DNA from: Octopus vulgaris
Taxonomy: Eukaryota
Reading direction: 5' to 3'
Length of the DNA: 64,000 nt
Assembly: GCA_951406725.2 (NCBI GenBank)
Contig: OX597822.1
Location: forward strand, 60,760,001-60,824,000
Below, piece by piece: positions 1 to 12,390 of the stretch (the first letter of the stretch is position 1; every line of letters starts with the position of its first letter). The translations under genes and the position numbers were made by a program. Below the pieces are notes generated by a model. The model did no database searches. It had not been told where the DNA came from and saw only the letters and a program-made list of their open reading frames with translations.

Positions 1-517
1 CACACTAGCAGGCTATCCAATGCTACATAGCTCATTCAGCACCCCAAACGTCTAGATATAGCAATATACAAGAGCATTATGGACTAACAAGGGAGCTTCT
101 CTGTGATCATTCAACATACTAGAAACAGCAGCCATATTTCCCTCAAACCTCAAATTATCTTAAAAAAGAAGTGCACATTGGATAATGTAATATTGAATAT
201 GTTGTCTGAAAATAATATTGGATGGCTATGTTTGGAACATCACTGCACGTAGCTCTGCATAATTGAGAGTTACTCTGTGATACACAGTAATAACAACAAG
301 ACCTCCAACTCTATACTCAAAAGGCTGGCATCAAGTATTTGAAATAGATATGACAAATTTAATTTCTGTCAATACTGTTTGATATATAAATGAATAACAC
401 AACACCCTCTTCTTCTGATCAATTAATTGGTATTTCTAGTCATCAAATATCAAACAGTTGACTCTAGTTAGCCACTACTACACAAAAATATCTGTCATTA
501 TATTTAGAGATATTTAA

Positions 518-965
518 GGCTGCAAGCTGGAAGTGTCATTAGCGCGCTGTGTAAAATGTTTTGCGGTATTTCGTCTGCTTCCACGTTCTAAGTTCAAATT
601 CTGCTAAGGTTGATTTTGCCTTTCATCCTTTCAGGGTCGATGAAATAAGAACCAGTTACATACTGGGGTCGATGTAATCAACTAGCTCCCTTCCCCAAAA
701 AATTTTCATGGCCTTGTGCCTAGAGTAGAAATAATATATTTAGAGATATTTAGCTTGGCAAGCTGATAGAATCATTAGAGTGTCAGAAAAAAGATACCTT
801 GTGGTGTTTGTTCCAGCTCTTTATATTATGAGTTCAAATCCCACTGTGTTTAAATTTCCTTTCATCTTTTCAGGGTTGATAAAATAAAGTATCAATCAAG
901 TACTGGTGTCAATGGTATTGACTTAAACTTTTCCCTCAAAATTACTGAGTTTGTACTTAAATCCG
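518..965 (+). mobile_element. Two adjacent copies of tRNA-derived SINE family 2
   Basis: GAGTTCAAATT B-box-like motif followed by the ttgcctttcatcctttcagggtcgat...aagtaccagt core. Other copies at about 1665-1840(-), 12000-12130, 31545-31670, 32185-32580, 36935-37145(-), 37800-38225(-), 51922-52260. Confidence 0.75.
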
Positions 966-1452
966 AAACATTTATGAATTTACAGATAATACCTTGTGTG
1001 TACACAAATAGATGTACAACTGCTACTATTGTACTTAGAGTTCCATGTAGTTTATCATATTCCAGTCTGCTACCAGTATGGTAGTTAGGTAATTACTGCC
1101 TCTCCATCTATCCATCTCTTGACATTAGTTCACTGTAACAATGTAATAAAGTTCCTTGATGATCCATTCTGGTTAAGCATCCATATGTGCTTGGAATGCA
1201 GGTTCCAAGCAACCATAATAGTGAAATGTACATAAGAACTAATATGTAAACCTGTCTTTATTTTTATTTCTCCTACATTTAGTGATATAAAAAATTTACT
1301 TGTCCAACTTATTCAAATAATATTTTAGGAGAGAGAATTTGTTTTTATAATAAATGATTCTATGTGTGAATGGAATGGTTTGAAACTTCATGAGATATAT
1401 ATTTAATTTTTCTCACTTTTGTCTTTTGTTGCCTATGTTGAAATAACCACAG

Positions 1453-1518
1453 GAATGACTTGAACCCAGAACAATCAGAAACACTTATGAAAGCTCCAAC
1501 ACTGAAAAAAGTAAAAGA
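1453..1518 (+). CDS. CFAP119: CFAP119 paralog A exon 3
   Basis: cag|GAATGAC...GTAAAAGA|gtaagt, 66 bp; homologous to 36303-36368. Confidence 0.88.
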
Positions 1519-4500
1519 GTAAGTATCTTTTGTTGAAAACTGGAATTCATCATACTAGCATTTCTGCAGATTCACCCTTTGCAGTGGAACCAGGTATAGT
1601 GTTTATTTTCTGTCCTTCATAGTTTTCAGTTTAAAGGAGAGTTGCTTTAGCATCTATAAATGAACAATGCCAGAAATTTGTGGGGAGGGTTTGATTAAAT
1701 CAACCCTAGTTTTATCAACCCTGGAAAGATAAAAGACAGAGCTGACCATGGCAGGATTTGAACTCAGAATGTGAACAGCCATAAAAAATATCACTGTGTA
1801 TTTTTATTTTCTGATGCTTTAACTATTTTGCCACCTTGTGCCTCTATAAATAATGGAATCTCTTCTGTATTAGATAATATTTCCACTTCCATCTAACTCT
1901 ATCCTCTGCTTCTTTTAATCTTACTGTAACAAACTCTATTTAAGCCAACACAGAAACTTCTACACATAATCCAAGTACAGATCCCTTGTATGCTTACATG
2001 TCTTGCTAGAAATAGTAGCCAAATATTCATTAAATCATATTACAAAATCTTAGATAATGACAAACATAATGGAAAATGTGATCCTAGACAGACTATGTTT
2101 AAATAATGAGCATTTAATCATATGTCTGAGTATTTGATAATCTATCTGCTTGGGGAAAGCTGAACTGAGGTTAAACAACAACCATAGCACTGCTTTTCAT
2201 GAACCAGTTAGCTGCATCATACTTTGGCTTAAGGGCACTTAGCACACAAACAGTTCTGTTACCTGGTCATCTTAACTCTGTCATAGTAAACTTCAGCAAG
2301 AAGTAATCTGAGAACATTTTAATTTTTATTCTAAAGAACCTTCTCTTTAACCCACACTTCACCAATGCCCTCACACTTTTTCTCTTGCACATCATGTCTA
2401 GCAACACTCAGTTTTGAACAGATGAGACCATCCTTCATTCTTCCCTAACTTTCCTCACTCATGCACTATCCTCGCAAACCATGACACCTCATGCTAAATC
2501 TTTACTGATTCATGAACAGAGAGGCCTTAAAATTATCTTCCAAAAGTAACAAACCATTATTGTCTTCATAACAGAAAAACAAAAGAAAATACCATTGCTT
2601 GTATCAAGTAAATATCATTGCACTTCATAACCTTGTAAAATGAGTAGAACACACTGAGGGCTTTCATGATAATTCTAAATGCTAGGTATTGCTATTACTG
2701 AGGATTTCTTATAGTGAACATACATCCTCAACATAGCTGGTACTGCATCACAAAGGTTAACCCTCCTCTTTAGAGTGGGAAAAACACTCCATCCTCCAAA
2801 AATTACTGAACTTCTACAAAGCTCAGGTAGGACTCACAATTAGCTACTTCTCTCACATTTTGGACTGAGCTGCTGCTGGATACATAGACATCCTAGACCC
2901 CATCCAGAAAAAGATTGATTGACAGACATTCCTACTTGAAGACATTCTTCAGCCTTTAACCTGCAGATATAGTCTTTTCACTCAGCCTTTTCTATTGCTA
3001 CAGCAATGGCTTGCCAATACCACCTAGGCACTCCCAACTCATTCATTTTTTCCCTTCCCATCACCCATAATGTGTCCATCCCCTAAGTCCTGTACAAACT
3101 ATTATGTCCAGTCCTTCTTTCCCAGAATGTTAGCTCTTTGGAATTCTCTCCTTGTGCATATCTTCCCTACAGTCATCAATGTTATTAATCTTATACATCT
3201 CAGAACACATGGAAGAGTTATGGGCATGACACTTTCTTCCCAGACTTGGCAAATAAAAAAAATATTTCTGAATAATCCATTATTAGGTTGGTATTTCGAC
3301 ATAGCAAAAGGTTCTTAGATTAAACTAAGAAGATTCAATTTAAATATAAATATTTTAAAATTGACAGTTTTGTATCATACCTCCAATGACAAACACAGGT
3401 GGGTCGGTATTAAAAGTTTTAAATAATTGAGCTTATTTTGGTCCCAAACTGTTCCCAAAACTTGTTCCTGATAAACTGAGGCTGTAATATATTTAAGTTA
3501 CCCAACTGGTAACTGGCATTCCATCAGTTACAACAACAAGGGTTCCAGTTGATCCGATCAATGGAACAGCCTGCTCATGAAATTAATGTGCAAGTGGCTG
3601 AGTGCTCCACAAACACGCGTACCCTTAACGTAGTTCTTAGGGAGATTCAGCATGTCATAGAATGTGACAAGGCTAGCCCTTTGAAATACAAGTATTACTC
3701 ATTTTTGCCAGCTGAGTGGACTGGAGCAACGTGAAGTAAAGTGTCTTGCTCAATGCACCACTGGGAATCAAACTCATGACCTTACAGTTGTGAGCTGAAT
3801 ACCCTAAGTACTGAACCACACACCTTCATCCATTCCTACTGTGTTTACATTTTACATCATTTTCATAAAATGTTCTCCTTCCCTTAAAATTCTTTGGTTG
3901 TATATGTCTGAATAGGGTGGTGGATCTCCACCATCTGATGATGACGATTCAGTTATTTGATCAACTGAATTAACATGTAAGCATCTGAGCATTCCTCAAA
4001 CACGTGTGCCCTTTAATATAATTCTCAGGCAGAGTCAGTGTGACACGATATGTTACAAGGTTGTACCTTCTAAATTTCAGATACAATTCATCTGACAGGC
4101 TTTTGTGCAGTTTCCATCTACCAAATTTCACTCACAAGACATGGGTTTACTCAAGGCTATAGAAAATGACATTTGCCCAGGATTCCATTCTGTGAGATAG
4201 AACCCAGGACTTTGTCATTCTTAACCATTCAGCCACACTGTACCTACATGGATTAGATTATAAACAACCATACCAAGGTACTTTCCTGGAGACTTTTCAG
4301 CAGTTTTAACAAACCTCAAATAAAATTTGAGATACATTTTTAAGATTATAAAATTTCATTTTGAAAAATAATCTGATAGTGTATATTATATATTTTTTTT
4401 CAATTCTACTTTCTACCTGTTTTTTAGTATTCTTGCTGAAATCTTTAAACTCACTAATTATGCAACAGTATATAAAGAAAAGATTCTACTCAACCTTTAC

Positions 4501-4866
4501 ACATATTCTATACAATTTGCAAAGGAAGAAAAATTCAAATCTGAGCAGTTATCTGCCTATTTTTCAATTGTAAAAAGAGTTCATGAAGTCTGTACTGGTA
4601 AGTCTTTGAAGGTGTGGTTATTTGGTTTTTCATTCATTTAACATTTGTTTTTCCATGTTGGCATGAGTTAGACAGGGATGTATTTGGGGAAGAATTTTAT
4701 AGTTCCATGCTCTTCCTATTACTTCCACTTGTTTTTCAGGTAAGAGATTTTACCTTATTCCATATATCTTTAAAACTTCAGAGCAACTGGTCATAATGTC
4801 AATGAAGAATGTAATATTATTCACCATTTCACACAAGCAAAACTATGGAATGTCAACATTCTCACA

Positions 4867-4930
<64 letters not shown>

Positions 4931-7900
4931 CACACAAAGGCTTACTATAGTTTTCATCTCCAAAATTCCTTTAAAAGCATTGATTATAGATACATACTGC
5001 AAGCTGCAGAGTACTATAAATTTGATGGGTGTCTAATTAGCTTCCAGTGTTAATTTTATGTAAAAATAAAGACACATGCATTAGACTAGTATGCTATCCA
5101 GGAGATGATTTATTTTTCATCTGCGTAGCATCATGAGAACCTGTTGGCCATAGTGGTCTGTGAAATAATATCTATTCCTCTAACATGCATTACTCTCTTA
5201 CAACAACAGTGTTATCACCAAAGACAACTAATCTGGTAAGTAAACCTGCAAGGAATCATTTATATAGTTACTTGGCATGCTAGAAACTGAAACCAATATC
5301 TCTCAAATTGCACATTACCATTTGAGAAGAGAACATATTAAATAATATGAATCTGTATAGACAAAAGATTGGTGGGTTATGATTGAAACACCTTTGGTCA
5401 CAGACCTTCTTGATCAGGGCTGTCTTTGGGCTAAACAACAAAAGCAACTGATCTAGTTGAGACAACTACAGTGAACACTTAAAATTTAAACTAAACAATA
5501 CAGTTTCTTTAACAATGTCTATATCAGACAAAACAACCAATACTTAAATTCTAAATTGAACAATTTCATTAACAATGTTTAGTGACTTTTTCCTTACTAA
5601 TTGTCTATTTATCCAGAGATATCCCAACATCAGTCCAACTTTCACATTATCAACAACATTCACAACAATAATAGTAGAAACCACATTTATTTTTCAGTAT
5701 ACCTATATAAATTTGTTTTTTTGTTTTTTGAGGGTTTTTTATTACTTTCCCAAAAGATTGTGTTTGATGCAAACTCTATTTTTATGCTTTTCAGAAAGTC
5801 CCTTTGGTAACTTGGATGACACATTTAACTTTTTCAAAGATATACTCCTACATCATAGCGTCAGTGTAAGTTAAACTCACCCTTACGTTTGTCATACTGT
5901 GACGTTTTCTCTAATACATGTCATGACATACCTTGAATATTTCTTGCACTGTTTGTGGCACACACACAAATACATGTCATAGTGACTGTAACACTCCCTT
6001 TATGACATACTGTTTCTGTAATTTTCACATATATGTTACAATGCTCTTATATTGGGTCATCCCATAAATAATATTTTTCTACCATGCTCTTCCATCTATC
6101 TGGTAGACTTGCAAGGCCCCTCTTCCAAAATTCACTTGTCTGTGATGAAAAATACTCCTCCAGTACTAGTCTGACCTCGTCTATAGAATTCATATTTTTT
6201 CCATCCAAATGATTTTGAAGACTAAGCAGAGTAAATGATAATCAGATGAAGCAATGTTTGGCTAATATGGTGAGTGGGGCATCATTTCCCATTCAAATTA
6301 CTCCAGCCTTTGGAATGTTATCCTCACTGTATGTGGCTGAACGTCATCCTTATGGAAGAACACCTTTTGTCTTAAAATCAAAGAGTCATTTTTCTTATAG
6401 CATTGACTTAAGCTGCTCACAGTAGATCTCCTTTGTTATCATTTGGTTTGGGTTTAAAAGTTCAAAGTGGACTAAACCTTTCATATCCCACCAAACAGAT
6501 AACAACACCTTACATGGATGAAAACCTTCTTTAGCCTGGGGTGCTGGTATTTTTCCTTTCCCTACCCACTGTCTTTAGCACTTGACATTTTTATGGAGAA
6601 CCCATTTCTCATCACCAGTCACTATTCCAAAAAAAGGTTCATTCATGAGACGTGGCTACAAAAAAGAGCACACGTTCACTCTCTGCACATGATTAGACTC
6701 GGAAAGTTTGTGAGGAACCCATTGACCCAATTTGCTGACTTTTCTGATTGCACGCAGGTGTTGATAAATGGTTGAATGACCAAATCCAACCTTCTCTGCT
6801 AGTTCCTCAACAGTTACGATGGGATTTCGTTCCACCAAGGTTTGCAGGACATCCTTGTCAAGCTCTACAGATTTTCCGAGACAAGGCTCATCTTCTAAGC
6901 TGTAGTTTCTAAGCTGGGAATTTCTAGAACCACCATTGACACTGGCTTACATTTATTATCTGATCCCCATATACTGCATTAATATTCCTCACACATTCCA
7001 TTGCATTGTTGTCTTTATTGAACTCATAAAGCAAAATATGCTGAATATGCTCCTTTGTCACTTCCATTATAGCTTTGAAAAAATAACTCTTAAAATCGAA
7101 CTGCACTCTTCAAAACTTTCACTAAGAATAAGGACAAGGTAAAATGACTACCTGCTTTTATAACAAGTTGATGCAGATAGTTTATCCCATCCCCCTCTGA
7201 CTTTTAGTTAATGCAATTGAAAAAACTGCATCATTTATGGGATGACCCAATAAATTACTTTGTGTATTGCAGTCCCACTAATATATGTCTTACTGTCTGT
7301 ATTAGTTCTGGTAACCTATATCTCACCACCTGTCTCAATTACTTTATGACACATATCCCTCTAAGATGTGTCACTGTCTTGTTCTTCCATTAAATGAAAC
7401 AGTATCTACATTAATTTTTCCGTATGTAATTTTCCTTACATGTATCACACTGTCTCTCACTCTGCCGGTTCCCTTTGTTAATGTCACATTGTCTACAACA
7501 GTACAAGTCCTTTATATTTCTTCAATGTTTGTAAGTATGTGCATTTATTTACACTTCTGTGTGTATGTATGCATGGTCATATTTATACTACATATTAGAG
7601 GCAATGACGAAAGACCGAGATCTCTGGAGATATGCTGTGACTGCGAAGACCCGACAAATAACGTGAGTTCATGGTTGTTTCCTGCACCAGCTTCACATAG
7701 CAGCCCCAGCCCATCCAAAGTACCTTGGATCTCAGGACGGCCTGCTGTGCTTACCTTGGATCGTAGGGCAACGTGTTGTTCTTGAGGAGACCTACTGAGT
7801 CAACTACATCAACATCAAAATAAAAATCAAATGGAAATTATAGTTGTGACACCCGTGCTGGTGGCATATAAAAAGCACCATCCAAACGTGGCCAATGCTA

Positions 7901-10900
7901 GCCCTGCCTTGACTGGCTTCCGTGCCAGTGGCATGTAAAAAGCACCAACCGATCATGGCCATTGCCAGCCTCCCCCGGCACCTGTGACAGAAGCACATAA
8001 AAAGCACCCACTACACTCACAGAGTTGGCATTAGGAAGGGCATCCAGCTGTAGAAACACTGCCAGATCAGACTGGGGCCTGGTGCAGCCTCCTGGCTTCC
8101 CAGATCCCAGTTGAACCGTCCAACCCATGCCAGCATGAAAAATGGATATTAAACGACGTCGACGACGACTACTACAATGACTATTACTACTACTACTACT
8201 ACTACTACTATTACTATTACTATTACTATTATTATTATTAGCCTCCACACAAATCATGAAGTTCCTTTCTGTGATCAATATTAAGTCAAAGTATCAGTAA
8301 GGCACTCCAGTTTTTCCTATTCCCAAACTGGAAAATGCTTGATATAAATACTTTTGCTCTGTTACTGTTTGATTCTTATGCTGAGTAATGTATGCAATTG
8401 TTATGATGGTTGTTGTTTAACCCCAGGTAAACATTGCTCCAGTAGACACTTGATCAAAGGTGTATTAATTATTTAATCAATGTATCTATAACTATATTAT
8501 CCAGTGTGTTCTTCACTTGCTAAGATGGTGGAGTAGAATATGAGGAGCATTTAGTTTCTGTGGAAACTTCCTTGTTTTAATAAAAGAAATGCATATTGGA
8601 TAATGTGACCCAATAGTAATAGACAAGATGGTTGCAGATGAAATATCTTTAATCATAGGCATAGGAGTGGTTGTTTGGTAAGTAGCTTGCTTACCAACCA
8701 CATGGTTCCGGGTTCAGTCCCACTGCGTGGCACCTTGGGCAAGTGTCTTCTACTATAGCCTTGGAGCGACCAAAGCCTTGTGTGTGGATTTGGTAGAAGG
8801 AAACTGAAAGAAGCCCGTCGTATGTGTGTGTGTGTGTGTTTGTGTTTGTCCTCCTAACATCGCTTGACAACTAATGCTGGTGTGTTTACGTCCCTGTAAC
8901 TTAGCGGTTTGGCAAAAGAGACCAATAGAATAAGTACTAGGCTTACAAAGAATAAGTCCTGGGGTCAATTTGCTAGACAAAAGGCGGTGCTCCAGCATGG
9001 CCACAGTCAAATGACTGAAACAAGTAAAAGAGTAAAAGTGTATATGTCTGCTGAATTAGATCTAACCTGAACTAAACAACAACAACAAATGAGTGGCCAC
9101 CACTCATTTATTACTTTCTCTTTCTAGCGTCCACCATACAGCAGTGAACTGTTTTCAATAAGTGAAGTAAGGAAGATATCCTATCATATGATTAACACAT
9201 ATTTTAGACACTTTAAACTATACAAGTATGCATTCACTCCACAGGTAAATCTATTGCTTTATCTATATGTAAGCTCTTCTTTATCTATGTATGTTCTTTA
9301 CATTCTGCTCCCATATGAAGCCCTCATATATGTTCAATACCATGGCAAGATATGAACAGTTGTCCAGTTGGCCTTTAGGATGATAAATGTAACAGCTTGA
9401 CCATCAATGACAATGCAAAGGTCTGCAAGAGAAATCAGCTTTGATAGTGTCCAGGAAATTAGTCTGTTATTCTTTTTTGGCTCTAGGTCAGCCCTAATCC
9501 CACATATTTTTAATTAAATGTAACCAACTCTTATTTTTTATGTGATATAGTCTACATAGTATTACATTATTTACTGTGATTGTATCTTTCATCTTTTAAA
9601 AGTTGGGTATAATTTAGGGGATATTTGGTTGTTGCCTGTAATAGAATGAGTGACTATGTAAGAGCTCCATGGCAGTGTTGAATTCTACAGACAGTATTTA
9701 ATTAGTGTTAACATATCTGTAAGACTGGGTAAAAAGATTTACTCTTGTGACATTCCTAGTAATTTTTACTTTTATGTTATACTTGGGGATGGTCATATTT
9801 TTTGCCAATTAACCGCACACCTTATATACTTGGTTTTTACTTCAGCTTTATTATTATTCTTATTTTAGTGTTCTTTGTCTGAAATCTTTCGTCATACATC
9901 CTGTGACTTCTTCAGTGACTCTCTATCCCACATGTCTCCTCCTGTTCTGTTTAGTCCATTCTGTTTTTCTTTAATGTATAGTTTTTTCCTTTTTCTGTTA
10001 GTCATTAGGTTAGTTGGCTCACTACTGAAGCATTCTGTTTTATGAAGCATCTGTCTAGTGGAAGGTTTAAGTCAAATCTAGTATTATGTTTGATAAAGTA
10101 TATATTAAGAGTAATGTATATCTGGAGAGTGCGTATGGGGATGTGTATGTGTGTGTGTGTGTGGTGCCACGTTAAAAGCATCCAGTCCATACTGTAACAT
10201 GGCTGGCGTTTAGAAACATCCAGCTGTAAAAGTCATGCCAAAACTAACCTTGCCTGTGCTAGTACCACATAAAAAGTATTGAGTCCACTCTACGGAGTGG
10301 TTAGTGTTAGGAAGGGTATCCAGCTGTAAAATCAATGCAAACACAGTAGCCTAGGGTAGTTTTTCTACCTGGCTAGCTCCTGTCAACAACTGTCCTACTC
10401 ATGCATGCATGGAAGATGGATGTTAAACAATGGTGATGATGATGATAATAGATATATACATATATATAGAGAGAGATTTATATATATATAAAGCTTCTGT
10501 GTTTCTAGTACATACTTCGCCTTTTAATGTACTTATATATGAATAATATATGGCCTGTGCTAGAAACACCAGCGATAATAATTAATTTTATTTTATCGCA
10601 CTTCGACTTTGTTTACATATTTCTCGATAAATTTTGAGCGTTAGACAATATACCAGAAATCCCTAGTTTGTCGGGTACGTTCTGCGTCTGCGCAGTGATC
10701 TGATTAGTTAGAGAGAGCAAATTATTAGACGCACATGTTTCTAGTGAGGTGCGATTTCACAATAACAGGGCTCTTACCGATGAATTCTCCCTGAGTAATT
10801 AAATTATTTTTATTACTGAAAAGAACGAAACTGCAGTCTAAGAGGAACCGAGTTAGTAAACGTTTTTATTTTCATTTCACTAAATTTATCAAGCTTCTGT

Positions 10901-11013
10901 GTTTCTAGTACATACTTCGCCTTTTAATGTACTTATATATGAATAATATATGGCCTGTGCTAGAAACACCAGCGATAATAATTAATTTTATTTTATCGCA
11001 CTTCGACTTTGTT

Positions 11014-11059
<46 letters not shown>

Positions 11060-12321
11060 TGCACCAAATATACACTCTACATTAGATGTACACAGCAACA
11101 GATATGTGCTATATTAGATATTTACAGGGTAGTGTATATTCAGTAATAAAGAAAGCATTTTGTAACCATCTGAGCATCATTTGACCTGACAACTATGAGA
11201 TCAAGTAAGATTTTTATAAAAGTAATGAGATTTTATTTGGTAGATCAAATTGAACGTCACTTCTTGATTTAAATGGAAAAAAATGAAAGAAATAAAAGGA
11301 ATGCAACATGAAAGATGATATGAATGAGCTTGCTATATACCTTCTTCATCCCACCTGATTCATTTGACATCAAAATCTTTAATGTAACTACAAGGTGGTA
11401 TCAAAAAGTTCCCAGACTTGTTATGTTTAATAAAAAATAACTTATTTACCTAAGATTTTAACATCATCTCCTTTGAAATAGTCACCTTGTGCAACAATGC
11501 ATTGGTCTCAGTGTTTCTGCAACTTTTAGAATTTGGCCTGGACATTGTTTACCTTCTGCAATTTGCTGTTGATCTCGACAATGGTGTTAAAACGGTGACC
11601 TTTGAGCTGCCTTTTCATCTTGAGGAAAAGCTGGAAGTCTGTAGGTGATAAATCTGGCAAATAGGGCAGGTGTGGAAACAATTCAATGTTGTTCTGGGTA
11701 AGAAACAGTAGTAATGCGCTTTGTTTATTTACAGCAGTATATAAATGAAAATCCCACCTTATTTTGTCTTTATTTTCTTTTAATGATTCTTTTTAAGTTT
11801 CAAGATTACAAATTAACCATTTCTAAGTAACTCCTGTTAAGTCTTATAACTCGTCTGTGAATGGTCATTTATGTCTCTTGTTAATTTATATAGAGAATTT
11901 CATGTGGCTACAACAACAAAACACCTTATGAGAGTAAATGCTTGTTAGGTAGGTGTATGATGTATATATTTGTGTGCGTGCATGCGTGTGTGTGTCAATT
12001 GACAGATTCATTAGAGCATCAGACAAAATGCAGCATGGTACTAGTCTAGCTCTCTGCAGTCTGAATTCCAATCCCACCAAGGTTAACTTTGCATTTCATC
12101 TTTTCAAGGCTGGTAAAAAAAGTACCATTGCAGCCTTTGCAGGATATGACAACTAGGGATAAGCATGAGAGATGAGAAGGTGCATCTGTATCTACTCATA
12201 ACTATAAAGGAACCAAAAAGAATTAGGGAAAAACCTACATGCTACCCAGTCATTCTCAGTTGTGAGTGACAGCCATAGTAGTTTATTATCCATACACACA
12301 CACACATACACACACACACAT

Positions 12322-12390
<69 letters not shown>

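Noticed and set aside
1-1452. Exons 1-2 of paralog A
   Set aside because: No PPK..W-type exon was found; 325-410 already matches the distal part of B intron 2, so these exons presumably lie upstream of the window
7840-8010. Spaced repeats gtggcacgtaaaaagcacc resembling a CRISPR array
   Set aside because: Only 2-3 imperfect units within a dispersed eukaryotic LINE 3' UTR; the spacers are the same in every copy; no cas genes
8658-8735. tRNA-like A/B boxes
   Set aside because: These are SINE heads continuous with SINE bodies; no complete cloverleaf was found, so no tRNA gene is called
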